From Hemiscyllium ocellatum (lineage: Eukaryota): a DNA stretch of 64,000 nucleotides. The notes under the pieces were generated by a model. That model did not search any database, was not told where the DNA came from, and saw only the letters and a program-made list of their open reading frames with translations. A program made the translations under genes and the position numbers. The stretch covers positions 62,001-126,000 of the forward strand of contig NW_026867573.1 in assembly GCF_020745735.1 (NCBI RefSeq), given 5' to 3'. This document shows positions 24,590 to 37,700 of the stretch, piece after piece. The stretch's first letter is position 1. Each line of letters starts with the position of its first letter.

Positions 24590-26540
24590 ACTGAAAACTA
24601 TTTAATTAGAGATAGTGGATTGCAATGGTATTCGGCTGAAACTATGGATCAGGGAGTACTTGCTGCGAGTGATGGATATGTTTGTCCTACTGAAGCAAAT
24701 GAGAGATGGTCGGACAAAGGTACATAGGGTGACGAGAGATGTGCAACATTTGTTCAGAGGAAGAAAGAAGGTTACTTAATGTTGAGGAAGCAAGAATTAA
24801 ACAGGGTTCTAGACGTTACAATTTAGCAAGGATGCAACTAATAAAATAGATATGCGGATTCTAGAAGATGAATGAAAAAGCCTTGGCGGGTCGGATTAAT
24901 GAAAATATCAATGCGTTCTACACTTATGGAGGAACAAGAGGATGGCCAGACTGCCAGGAGGGCCGATCAGGGATAGTGGACGGATATTGTATCTGTTGTC
25001 AGAGGAGGTAGGACAAGTCCGGAATGAATACCTTGCTTCAGTATACATTCGTGAGACGGGCATTGTCGCTTGTGAGGACAGTGTGAAACAGCCTGATGCA
25101 TTCAGAATCATTGTTATTAAGAAGCAAACTGTGCTGGAAATTTTCCAACACATAAGGATAGATAAGCACCCTGGACCAAACGGGATTTATCCAGTTTACA
25201 ATAGGAAGTGAGCGGAGAGTTTGATCCACTTTGCTGATGTCCCTTCAGCCCTCATTGTCCGCTGGAGTAGAACCAGTTGATTGGAGGGCGGAAAATATTA
25301 TCTACTTGTTCAAGAAACGGAATAGGAACACTCCTGCGAATTACAGACCATTCAGACTTACATAGGTGGGAGGCAAACTATTGATGGTAATTCTGAGAGA
25401 CAAGATTTATGACTATTTGGAAAGCTTAGTTTGATTAGACATAGCCAGCATGGCTTTGGGAGAGGTAGACCATGCCCCATGAGCCTTGTTGCATTTTTTC
25501 AAGATCGAGAAAACACATTGATGAATGCAAGTTAATGGATGCGGTGGACAAGGAGTTATCAAGGCGTTTGAACTGTTCCCCATGGTAAGCTCATTCAGCT
25601 CGTAATGAGGAATTGGATACAGGGAAATGTGGCTGTTTAGATAGAGAATTGGCTTGCCGACAGAAATCACACTTTGGAAGTTTTCCAAAGATGGAAAATG
25701 TTCAGACTGGAGCTTGATGATCAGTGGAGTTCCACAGGGATCTGTTCTGAGAGCTCTGTTCTTTGTAATATTTACAAATGACTTGCACAAGGAAGTGAAA
25801 CGTTGGTTAATAATTTGACCGATGGCACGGAGGTGAGTGGAATCGTCGATAATATAGAGGTCTGTTGTACATTGTAAATGGGACATTGGCAGGATGCATA
25901 GATGGGCTGAGATAGAGGCAGGTGGAATTCAACCTTGGAAAACGTGAAGTGATTCATTTTGGAAGGTAGAATTTGAATGCAGGTTTCAGGGTTAAAGACA
26001 AGATTCTTGTCAGTGTAAAGGACAGTAAGATCTTGGTGTCCAAACGCATCGATCCTTCAAAGTTGCCACCCAATTTAATAGGGCTGTGAAGAAGGCGGAT
26101 GTTGTGCCGGCTTTCATTAGCGGGGAGTTTGAGGTTAAGAGTTTCGATGTTATATTGCAGCTCTATAGAGCCGTGGTGAGACCACACTTCGATGATTTTG
26201 TACGGAAGAAGGATGAGAGGTGGCTTGATAGAAGGCACGAGATGATGAGAGGCACAGATAGCGTAGATAATCAGAGACATCTTCCCAGAAGGAAATGTTT
26301 CTCACGAGGGGGCATGATTTTAAGTCGTTGGAGGTATGTTTAGGAGAGATATCAGGGGTAGTGTTTTTTTTTCAAATGCACGGTGTATTGGGTGCGTGGA
26401 ATGGACTGCCAGCCACGGCAAGAGAGTCAGTTGCATGACAGACATTTAAGCAAAACTTGTCGGGACACATCAGATAAAATGTCAGTACAACATTGTGGGC
26501 TTAATGGCCTGTAGATGCTTTACTATTCTATGTTCTTAAT
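24590..26540 (+). mobile_element. Decayed CR1/HER1 LINE ORF2 (RT) and 3' end
   Basis: PGPNGIYP, NYRPF.LT, SQHGF, SGVPQGSVL, RPHF motifs; ttctatgttct tail. Confidence 0.9.
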
Positions 26541-26859
26541 TCATTCATTCATACTAACAATCACCTGTTTCAGTAACGTAACATCCCATGACCCCTCACC
26601 ACCACCCCCTCCCCGGTTTGGCAAAGGCAAATTCATCAAGGTTGATTGTCTCACATGCCAACTTATGAGGTGAAAGAGAGTGCTAGGGTTTAACTGCAAA
26701 AGGGAGAGGAAGAACAACGTCCAGATTCAGCTTGACGACCTCAACTACTACAACTGAAGGCTATAACTTGCAAGAAATTTTGGATTCTGCGGGAACTTGA
26801 CATCAGCCATTCAGTCTGCTTTTATTGTTGTAACATTAAAATGTAGTTAAGAACCCCAA

Positions 26860-27275
26860 AGATGTTGACAGTTAAAAATCAAACAATACCAGGTTATAGT
26901 CCAACAGGTTTGTTTTGAAGCACTAGCTTTCGGAGTGCTGCTACGTCATCAGGTGTTTGAGGAGTGTAAGATTGTATGACCAAATTTATAGCAAAGGCTT
27001 ACAGTGTGATGCAACTGAAATTATATAATTAAAATACCTGGATTTATAAACTGAAAAATGTCTGGATTATTCAAGATATAATTTCAGTTGCATCACACTG
27101 CAAACTTTTGCTGTAAATTCTGCATCTAATGATCTAAAACTTCACAGCCACCGATGAAGAAGCTGCACTATCAAACCTAGTCCTTCCAAATAAACCTGTT
27201 GAACTATAAACTGATATGGTGTGATCTTTAACATTGTATACCCTAGTCCAATAACGGCACCTCCAAATCAAGAAT
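26860..27275. mobile_element. Fold-back (inverted pair) of PLE terminal repeats, about 400 bp
   Basis: The arm at about 26872-27045 is the reverse complement of about 27060-27235 (cagtgtgatgcaactgaaattatat / atataatttcagttgcatcacactg). Hammerhead motif cacCTGATGA...GAAAGCTAgtg at 26921-26955 (-). Confidence 0.85.
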
Positions 27276-27289
27276 TGGTATTAAATCAA

Positions 27290-27980
27290 CTTTGGGGACA
27301 TTTGAGGAATGACAATGGACGGCAACGATGCTGATATTTTAATCAGAAAGATTACGCTGTCCTGAGCTTTTTCTTTTCCAGACAGCATGGAAATGCAGCA
27401 ATTCCGCAAGGTCTGGGTTTGAAAGGTTCTGGAGCCATTTTGATTGGAAATTAACAGATAAAACATTTTCAAGTTTGAAAAAAAACAGTTGGATATTGAA
27501 AGGGGTGTGGTCAGTTTTCACAGCGCAGATTACCTTTGGTTTGGGTGTTAGTATTCTGGCTGTTGATTGAAAGGTGCCAGCCAGTTTCGTGGCTGCTGGT
27601 CCAAGAAACAGCTTCATGGAAGAAGGTTTTCTTTGCTGAGACTCTGCCATATCTCTGTCTCCTGCACGAACCCATCTTACCTTTTTATTTCCGCCAAAGT
27701 ATGTTTATCAGAATTATTTAGAATTTGGAACAGCATAATTAATTTGGGATCGTTGATTGGATTTTGGAGTAGGTGAAGATCTTCCATATTCTGTTCTGTT
27801 CTGTTTGTGTTTCATTTGGTAATCCGTGTAAATAAATTCTATTTGGTTAAAAACTAAGTGGTTTGACCAGCTGCATCACTCCTGTAATTTCCACTATAAA
27901 CCCGCTAAAAACAACTAGCAAAGTTCGGGATCCGGCTACTTTGTTGCAATATTTTGAGGGTCGTGCTCTGTTCGTCAACA
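27290..27980 (+). mobile_element. Solo LTR, Gypsy family
   Basis: ggggtgtggtcagttt motif, aataaa at about 27830, ends ...caaca. It truncates NACHT module B. Confidence 0.72.
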
Positions 27981-27984
27981 GGAC

Positions 27985-29420
27985 ACATAGCTGACTACAG
28001 TTTAAACTGGGCAAATCATGATTCATGCAACTTGGCCAATGCAGTAAAAATGGAGACTTCATGTTACATGTTCACTGGAGAAATCTAATTTGCACTAATG
28101 GTGTTGATACTAGTTCTTTGAATGTGTACGAGATATTTTTGGAGAAGTAGATTGAAGATCCAAATCAAACATGTGACAAAATTGTCCTATTCCAAAATTG
28201 TTCAAGGGCCTCCCAGAATTTCCTGTCTTTTTCTTCTTGTTTCTACATGTCTTACATCCGCAAGTTTTGTCATTCGAATTGTCCTCTAACAATCTCGATC
28301 ATCTGAATACCACCATGGCTCAAAACGTAATCAGCAGACCGAAGAAGAGGCCATCAGTGAGAACATATTGTGTAGGGAAATGCAAAACTGAGCAAAACCC
28401 ATCGTTTTTCTGGTGGTTTTGGACTGATGTGACAACAAGAGGTGTTCCATTTGTTGGTTTCCTTCAGTGAAGTTTTTTTCTAATATTTTCATCAATCTCA
28501 TTTCTAAATATTGCAATCAATTTACTCGATAGTATTCGCCGTTGTGGTAAAAAAAACAGAATTTTTTTTGTCTTATTAAATGACATCTGACATTGTGGTA
28601 TCAATTTCATATTCTTTTTGTATATTTTAGATCAAACATCATGCAATGAAACGAAATAATTAACCTTGGTACAGAATAAAACTTGGGAACTAGTGAACTT
28701 AGTGCGTTAGCATTCCACATTGTGTATGACTGTGTTCAGGGAAAGGTTTAAGGCTGCGTGCAGAAACCTGAGTAAGGTTGTGATATTTCGTCATGGTTGT
28801 GAAAATTGATTATTGTAAATTAAGAAAGTGTACGAATAAATTTGACTCTGAACAGGAAATGTTGTGTATTTAAAGCGACTCAACATGTTCTGCAGAACAC
28901 AAACGTACCTTGAAGGAAAGAAAATAACTCGTTCCGTGCTCATATTCTGCTTTCTTTCAGTTTATCAGATCCATGCACAATAAATAAAAATGTTGCATCT
29001 TTCCAATTCAATTCTTTTCTGACTTTTCCTGTATTAACATTATTTGCAACTGGGTATGTCTGTTTAACGAACATCTGGCATGAATCGAACGGCTCTTCGT
29101 TCTCCGTCCTACTCATTTATGAACCAGTGAATTTGCAAGTTACCAGCTTGCAGGTATGGTTATCAATTTTAAATAATCACCAATTCATCACTTTCTCTGT
29201 GAACACATCCTTCAAGATCTCGGGATTTGCGTAATCTGGTGCTTCGTGGAGACTCACGTTTAGCCTCTAACTTTCAAGGATGTGTTTCTTTTGTTGATAC
29301 CTTATTTTAATTGCTCACTTTCCCAGTTCGTTTTGTAGCATTGTATTCCGGGAAATAATCAGTATCGTTCTGCTCAAATGGGGAACCATGTTTCATGTTA
29401 GTTGAGATGTTTTTCAGCAA
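27985..29420 (-). pseudogene. Decayed NACHT-domain (NLR-like) module B
   Basis: One reading frame from about 29400 to 28600, with stops. It contains a pre-NACHT segment RTILIISRNTMLQNEL and a Walker A remnant YANPEILKDVFTEKVMNW* (K+6 conserved; TGA where W+11 is expected). About 79 aa later is Walker B-like FLFIVHGSDKLKE, three single-base changes from IVDGFDELKE. Distal segment reads QEEKDRKFWEALEQF. Confidence 0.6.
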
Positions 29421-29689
29421 TGCTAGACTCAGATCAAACGTTATCTACGTCACTCAGAACTATGATGTGCTAAGTGACCGAAAATATTAACAGTTGATAC
29501 AACTCCTAGCACCATGTTGTTCCAGTGTGATTGATATCATGTTTTCCTCATACGTGAAGCGAATCGGGCAGAAACTCCAAAAGTAGTCAAGGATCCTCCC
29601 ATGACAGCAAGTTGTGTTCCGCTTCGTTGGCTGATACGACCAAAATTCGTTAATTTATTTAGTCCCTACCCTTCGATAGAGCCATTATA

Positions 29690-31100
29690 AATCCGCCGTT
29701 TTGAAGAAGCAGAAGTTATTTCTCAACAGCTGAGTTGACTCCTACTTTTGAAATGTTCAAAACCTTACCATATTTCCTTGTCATTCTTTTCTTGTTAATT
29801 TGATATTCTACACATCAGAATAATGTTTCAACCAGAAGGTTCAACAACAGATGTACTTTTTTTAAATCTATTCCTTAGCTACAAACGTACTCATTAGACT
29901 CTAGAAGACCTACCAGTGAAAACACGTTGTGCAGAAAATAAACATGCAAAATTCGAACAGTACCGATAATTTTAACTTTTGACCTGCATGGTGGCAGCGT
30001 GTGCTCCATTTGCTGATTCTCCAGTTGTAGCTTGTTATATTACTGACTTACTCATTTCTAAGTCTTGCATTGAATTTATTCCACAATATTCGCTATTGTG
30101 GAGAAAAGGAAGGCAACTCTTCAGAATTGTGTTCATAATACTTGTTCCTGGACAACATATTTGATGATGTTTGCAATTGTTATGAACATTTGATATTCTC
30201 TGTTTTCTTTTTAATCACTGCTCCCTTGCATGGTTCGAATGATCAGTCAAACAGTAGTTTTACAACAATCAAATTGATATCATTCATAAAAACACGTGTT
30301 TGGTTGAACGTTTCTATTTAATGTCACGTCAAAAATTACCTGTCAGAGGCCATAAATCTCACAGGCAGTGAACATAATATGGTAGATTTCCTAAGCCACA
30401 GTGAAGTTTCCAGACAAGTGGAAAACTACAAATATTACTTTGCTGTTTGCAGGGAATGCAGGATAATCCCGACCAATGTGCACTGTTCAGTTAACTGACT
30501 TGAAAGTAAGAAAGAACGGCCAGGGAGCCATCGTATGCAACTTAGCCTCTCTCATCTGTTTTAGTATTCAATGTAGTTTTGCTGAGCTCATTTGTGAATC
30601 CACTCTAGTTTACCATTTTCTGCCGACAACAACTCAACTTGTCATGAATACAAAAATTAAGGGATGTGAATGCCGAATTGCATGGGCCTAGCTGTTAACC
30701 CTGTTAATCGTCAGATAACTCGGGTTTGAGTCCTGTCATGTCAACTCGTTCAAATTGGCTTTCATAAAATTTTGGAATTAAAAGCCTCATGTAGAACATG
30801 AATCGATCGTGAGAGGAAACAAGTCCTTGTCATCAGGTCAGAAAACTGTCATCAGCACCCAACCTTGCATACATATGACTCCAGGCACACAATAACGTGC
30901 TTGTGAATGTGTAATAAATGCTGGACTGGCCTGTGAAGCGAACATTGCTGAATTCTACAAAAATATATGTGGTAAAACGTCACATCGACCAAAACAATAC
31001 CACAGATTCAAAAACCTTTGTGGGAAATACTTCCTACTAGTATCAGTCGCGTGTCCACCAGCCCTTAAATTGGATTTGGGGCACATTACTCTGAATTGCA
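29690..31100 (-). pseudogene. Decayed NACHT-like module A, directly upstream of module B
   Basis: 29700-30200 aligns at nucleotide level with 28150-28620 and 17600-18090 (ENQQMEH / GNQQMEH / GNQQRER). A Walker A remnant GGHATDTSRKYFPQRFLNLW at 31059-31000 has the same F+3, K/R+6, N+9, W+11 pattern as module B. A repeat insertion interrupts it at about 30670-30950. Confidence 0.5.
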
Positions 31101-32774
31101 TTGCTTATTTTACTTTTCCGTTGAAAATTCCTCTGGCTCGATCAAAGGATCAAAACATTATCTAAAGTAAAGATCTGAATTTGAGAAACATTATGCAGCT
31201 AATCTTTACTATTGAATGAGAAAACAATTTACAGTGTCTGGAGTTTTGCACATTTGTCGTTCATCATGCCTCCAAATATCTGAGTTTTATGTTACCTTGT
31301 TTTGAACGAAGCGTGATAACAATATGGTGGCAATTTGATGAAGTAGTTGGGGAATTCGGAACAATTAAAAGTGCAATAGAGCTGGGACGATGGTCCAACG
31401 ATTCTGTTCCTTTGCTCGTGTGTGATGATGCTGTCACTTTAACAAGGTCATTTTGTCCTTGGATTTTTTTTTTAAAGAGAGGATATTAGGGCACAGATTC
31501 CATGAGCTCCAGGAAGAGCCTTGTTTAACAATGGTAGGGGAGTAGACCCTTCTCCAATTTCAGGTTTTTTCCTAGTTTGGTTTAGCTGTGGCAGTCAGAC
31601 GGCGATGGAGTCCGGGAATGGCTTCAGGCTTCAGTAAATGATTCCTGACTGAGTTTTTCGAAGAAATCTGTTTGAATGTTGTTCTCTGTTACCTGGAGGA
31701 ATCTGCATTTCAATTTACCTTTCGCTAATCACTTTATTAATGGGATGCTACGGCATTGGAACAGCTCCTTCGTTAATTTGTTGTATCGGCTCAGCTACGT
31801 TTTCAATAGGTAAGTTATTCTAAACTACATTTTCTTCTGTTCGTGTTCCAGCTTCAGTTTTGCATTAAATTCTGGGTTGCTTAAAGCCGATTGATTTAAA
31901 CACGTGCATCACACGTGGAATATCCTCTTCACACTTGCCTATGAAACAAGAAAAATGTGAAGGTTCAAACCACGTTCTTAACATATTTTGAGGAATTTTG
32001 GCCTGGTCCATAATAGACTGGGGGCTCTTGTTGGAATTCATTCTTTCTGCACAACTGAGGATCAGGGTTATTGGAGACAAAGATGGCGAATGGTGTTTGT
32101 TGGTGAATTTTGTTCCATGTGCTGGATATGGTAGGTTTAAACAGTATTTTGTGCAGTAATGGCTCTTTCAGTCACTAAGAGTTTACTGAGGGTGGAAGAA
32201 GTGAGTTTGGTTGTTTCAGCAAAGGTGAGAAAAGTAAACCTGTTGTAATTGGCAGACAAGCTGGACTTGGTGTTGCCTTCAACTGTGAGAAAAAGGAATG
32301 GGGAATTACAGAAATGATTGTGCATTTAAATTTGCAGGAAATACCTTGTGAATCTTCGTAAATTGCTAGAATTCAATTGGAGGTGGAGCAGCTTGAACAT
32401 GAAAGGAAACTGAAACAGTTGGAATTGCAATGAAAAGCAATCGGAACAGATCGCCTGAGCAGAGCAAAAATGAAGCGAAAGGATCTCTTCACCAGAAGAA
32501 AAACAGAAGGAATGGAAAGCCCGAGCAGAAGAAAGGGAGAAGGAGAGGAAAGAGAGAAAGAGAGAGTTGAATGGGAAAAAGAGATAGAGTTTGAATTTCA
32601 GAAATTGTCACTGAGACAGGAAAGTCAGCTTAAAAGGATGGAGGTGAAGATAGAACATAGGCTTAGTAAGGAAAATAGTGAGGAGGAGAGCAAACACTTC
32701 GTAGCCAGAGGTCTGGTGGAGAACTGTTTAAAACTATCCAGTGGTCTCATATCTTTAATGGAAAGAATGTCTGC

Positions 32775-33430
32775 ATTGCAATGCATTTCCTCCAGGTCCC
32801 ACACTTCCGCTATTGAACCCCGCCCTCCAAACTGACACCACGACAGAACACCGCTGGTCCTCTCCTTCCACACCACCTGCTTTCGGATTCAACGCACCAT
32901 CCCCCGTCATTTCCTTCACATACAAACAAACCCCCCCACCACAGATATATTTTCCTCCCCACCCCTATCTGGATTCAGAAACACCATCTCTCTGCGACTC
33001 CCTTGTCAGTTCCAAGCCATCAAACCAATGTCCCCTCCCATCATCTTCCCATGCAACTGAAAGAAGAGCAAGAGCTGCTCCCACATATCCCTTCTCACTT
33101 CCGTCCGATGTCCCAAAGCATCTTTCCACACACGACAGAAAGTTACCTGTAGTTCCAACATTGTCATCAACTGCATCCGTTGCACCCGATTTGGCCTCCG
33201 CTAAACTGAGCGGGGGCAGGACACCAACTTGCAGATCGATTCAGAGAATATCTCTGTGACAACTGCACTAAAGAACCACGCCACTACATCCCACCTGCTC
33301 CACCAAAAACATGCAACATCTGGGCATCATCTATCATCAAGCCCTGGCCTCCCGACACCTGGAGAAAGAGCACCTCGTCTTCTGTCTTGGGATCCTTCCA
33401 CCACATTCAATCTATGTGGATTTCAAAAAT
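32775..33430 (+). mobile_element. PLE GIY-YIG fragment nested in the Gypsy gag
   Basis: Colinear with the reverse complement of 23540-24200; NCIRCTR motif. Confidence 0.8.
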
Positions 33431-34199
33431 TTTCCAATCTGGTTTGAGAAGGAGGCAAATTGACTGAAGTGACCAGAGACCATGTGGGTTTTGTTGATGC
33501 AAACAAAACTGCGAGGTAGATTTAGTGAGGTGTATAAAACAATATCAGAGGAGTTGTCTGATAAGTATGAGTGCGTGAGGAAAGGCATCTTAAATGGATA
33601 AGAGATTCTGCCAGATATGTCCAGACAGTTTTTCAGGAATCGAACCAAGGACCCTCGTTAAAAATACATTGAGTTTGAAAGGATTAAACCAATTTTGATG
33701 GGTGGACAATGGGATTAAAATACATCAAACAAAAGTAGGCGACGTGATTTTTCAGTGATGTTGGTTATGGAAAAAGCACTGGGTGGATGGATGCAGGAAA
33801 CCAGGATAAGACTGTGAATTTTATATAATTGATAAAGAAAAGCGCATTAGAGACAAAGTATCTGCATTCGAATGTACAACCAGGTCGGGGTTGGTGCAGG
33901 AGGAAGCACCAAAACGTCATAAATCATTTGTTTGCAGAGGTGAGGTTTACTCGCAGAAGCCAGGAACAACGGGTAAAGAAGTTACAGTTTTAACAAATGC
34001 GGATCTTGTCAATCATTGATGATGAGAGATGAGGAGATATGCAACTCCGAAGGACTATTGCCGAGAAAGTGCAAGTACGTGGAGGTCATATCGAGAGAAT
34101 AAGTGTTCGTTAAGTAATATGGCGATGCGGCTCCTTTAACACGATCAGGCTGTCCTTCCATTGCAAAGGGACCATGAACATGTAGGTTTCGATGTATCT

Positions 34200-34739
34200 A
34201 GGTTGGATGGTTTTTTAGGGCCAATTTGATTAAAGCCAACAGATGCTGTCTCATGCGAATGCTTTCAAGTTAAAATAAAACTTGCACAATGAAAAGGGAG
34301 TGGCCAGTTCTGAAAGCACATCTTGGAGATTGGTTTTATTTTAGATTCAGAAAGCAAACCGTTTTTTTTAAAGCTTGCTTGTCAAACAAACAGCTCCATG
34401 TTGACCTTTTCTCTCACTCACTCATCTCTCCCATAAGAGCCTGTGTTGAATTTTAACTCTTTTTGGCCAAGGATGTGTTTATGGGAATTTTGCAAGTATT
34501 TGGAATAGCATCGTGATGTTGCAATAGAGTCACTGACGCTTGTGCAAAGTGCTATGATTCCAAATTTGGCTTTCTTTTGTGCATGTCTAAATAAATACAG
34601 TTTGGTGTACAATTGAGTGGTTAGGCCAATTGCATCACACCTGGAATATCCACTGCACACCTGCTTCAAACAAATAGAAATATTCGAGTCTGGGCTTCCT
34701 TCAGGAAATCTTTTGAGAGGCTTTTCCTCGTCCATGACA
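34200..34739 (+). mobile_element. Solo LTR nested inside the Gypsy element
   Basis: aagggagtggccagttc motif; ends ...cgtccatgaca like the other copies. Confidence 0.7.
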
Positions 34740-37700
34740 GAAGAGAAAGCATAGAGTGTCCAGTGTAACATGGAGAATTGTTGTAGGATTACTGGAAAAT
34801 CTCTCCATTCCAGAAATACAGCCTGTTCTTGCGGATAATATAGCTGAGTTACCGGGGGAAGTGGTGTCTGCTGCCGTTGAAAATGCAGTGCAAAATTAAA
34901 CAACTGAGGTAATGAAACAAGTATACACTAGGACGTTTCCTGACTGAGTGATAACAAAGTCACCATTTAAAACAGGAGGAGAATTCAAAGAACACAGATA
35001 TAGAAGTTGAGGTAGAATTACCAAAGACCATAGTTGAACAAATAAATGAGATGAAAACAAAACAGATGGAAGCTAAAATGGATATTACTAGCTCAGAGAA
35101 ATTAACTGAGTTACTACAAAAAAGATGGAAAACTGAAACAATTGAATCAACAAGAGTACACGGAAGATGCCTGAATGTTAATGCCTTAAGAATGAATTCT
35201 TGATGAGCAAATAGAGGACATAACATACTGAGGCAGATGAGAAATGGTAAGTGTTAATGAAGATGGATTAACAGTTGCTTATGGAACGGAGGTGTTGCGA
35301 GAGGTTAGTTTAGATGCAATGAAATCTCAAGCTAAAATGCAAACACATTTCTAGTGGTCTAGACATCATTAGGATATGGGTGGAATTTTCCAGACATGTC
35401 ATATATGTAAAATAATTGGAAAACTAATAAAAGTAGCACCTCTGTAAATCATTCATGTATTTCAGGAACGTTTTACAAAGGTTTACATTAATGGCATAGG
35501 ACCACTAACTAAAACAAAAGTGGGAATCATTATTTGTAAACAATAATGGATGTGCCCACAAGATTTCCAGAGACCATTCCATTTGCAAGATCACAGCTAA
35601 TATGAATGCAGAAGAGTTGCTCAATATTTATTTTACGAGATACGGACTACACACAGGGACACAATGAGATCAAGTGTCAGATTTTGCATCAACATTGTTC
35701 AAGGATGTTAAGGGCACCTTAGGAATAAAACAATTGTAATCTACTGCCGACCATCCCGAGTCACGGGGGATGCTAAAAAGAAGACCTCAGACGTTCAAGA
35801 ACATATTAATGTTTCTCATTATGTCTGTCCAGATATTTGGGATGAAGGGATTCAGTTTGCACTTTTTTTTGCCATTGGCATGCACTAAATGAAGCAAACA
35901 AATTTACTGAATTTGAATTACATTTTGGGCTTGACGTGATAGGAGAATTAAAAAAATTATGGAGAAATTGATGAGTCAGGAGAATGAAACAAATTATGGA
36001 GAAATTGATGAGTCAGATTTCAGAAACATATATTTGGATTATGAGTCACATTTTAGAGATAGGTCAAATATTGCACGGGAGTTGACGAGACAGCATTTCG
36101 AAACGTTACAGTTTATGATGAAAAAAGGAATTTGCAAAAGATCAAAAGTCACAATTTTCCTGTCAGAAATCAAGATTTGTTACTTCCAGTGTCTGTGAAC
36201 CTTTAAAAGTAAGGCTTTGTGAACATTATTAATTATAACGACGATTAAGAGATGTGAACCATTTGATAAGGCTTGCAAACAGACTGAAATCTCTCGGAAT
36301 GTGCGACGGCAATATGTTCAAAACACATGTTAAGAGTGAAGGAGAACAAAATCAAAATGTGTTACTGGCTGCAACATAGACTGAACAACCAAGTTCAGGG
36401 TATTCTGAATTGGTCATACTTCCAATTGAATTCCTCAATGAGGAATTCGTCAAAAAATGGGATAATTTATTAAGTTACCTCCGAGAAGATTCTCACAATG
36501 ACTCTCAAAAGGTTTGTTGCTGTCACATGAGGAATATGTGAAAATTCGTTGGGCAGTGCTAATGTAATTCAGCATCATGTCGATATAGAAAATCCTGCTC
36601 TGATTAAGTAACATCCTCCTGGACTTAACCTTTGTAATGTTAGCTCGGATTCAGAAGAGAGTAAACACATGCTCAAAGACAACATAATCGAAGTGAGTTG
36701 CAGTGACTGGAGTTCACCTATAGTAGTGGTGTCAACACCAGACGGTACCCAACAGTTATGCGTTGACGATCACACAGTCAGCACAGTTACGAATTCAAAT
36801 TCATATCCGACTCCTGGTTTGTATGACTGTATTGCGAAGATGGGAAAAGTGAAGTATGTCGCTCGGTTCGACTTGCTCAGATGATTCTGGCAGGAGCATT
36901 GATTGAAAAGAGTGGAAGACTGTTTCAGCTTTCGTGACTCTGAAAGGACGAGATCAATTTAACGTCATGCCACTTGGTATGATAAATGCCCCAGCCACAT
37001 TTGAAAGGTCAGCTAAAACGTCTTTCCTGGATTACACAATTGTGTGGTGTATATCGATGACCTGGTGGCGTTTAATCACGCAAGGAAATGTCCAACATTT
37101 ATCGAAATAGATCGAACGACTTCAAAAGGCAAGATTGGTGATAAACCTGCGGTGAGTGTGAAACAGTTCAAGACACATTCCAGGGCCATATTATCAGACA
37201 TGGATATGTGGTCGTATTGAATGTGAAAACTAACATTATTGGGATATTTTCCATACGTCCACGACGAAGCAGTATTATGATTCTTGAGATTAAGAGTGTT
37301 TGGTTGGAAATTCACGCCGAATTTTAGTAGGACGGCTGCTCCACTCACTGAAGTACTGAAGAAATGTGTGAAGATTCACTGGACAGCAAACTGCAAGACA
37401 GCCTAAAAGGTGTGTGAGCTACTGACGCTCGACTCATCACATTTAATTACACAAGACTGTTCAAGGTAGCTATGAATGTGAGAGAGGTGGCTTCCGGAGT
37501 TGCTACTCTTACAAGAAGACAAAGAGAAGATAGAAAGACCTGTAGGACATTTATCCAGGAAATTGGATATTCATTTATGGATGTCATAAATGTCTCCTCG
37601 ACAGTGAGGAGACAGGACACCACGTTGTGAAACGTTTTAAATACCAAAATCAATACCGGCTATCACATCAGGTACACGCATTTCCCATCTGGAACAGCAA

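Larger units (their letters stand above)
31485..37600 (+). mobile_element. Decayed Gypsy LTR retrotransposon with Gmr1-type domain order (gag, integrase, RT, RNase H)
   Basis: 5' LTR at about 31485-32015 and tRNA-Pro-like PBS TGGGGGCTC at 32019. Coiled-coil gag with WVLLMQTKLRG. Integrase (CHIC, GPL, TRFPETIP) at about 35300-36000 lies upstream of RT (WSSPIVVV..PDGT..LCVD, MPLGMINAPATF, YIDDL at about 37050). Confidence 0.85.

Noticed and set aside
35954-36016. Exact 26-bp direct repeat (aaattatggagaaattgatgagtcag)
   Set aside because: Ordinary slippage duplication within a dead Gypsy pol.
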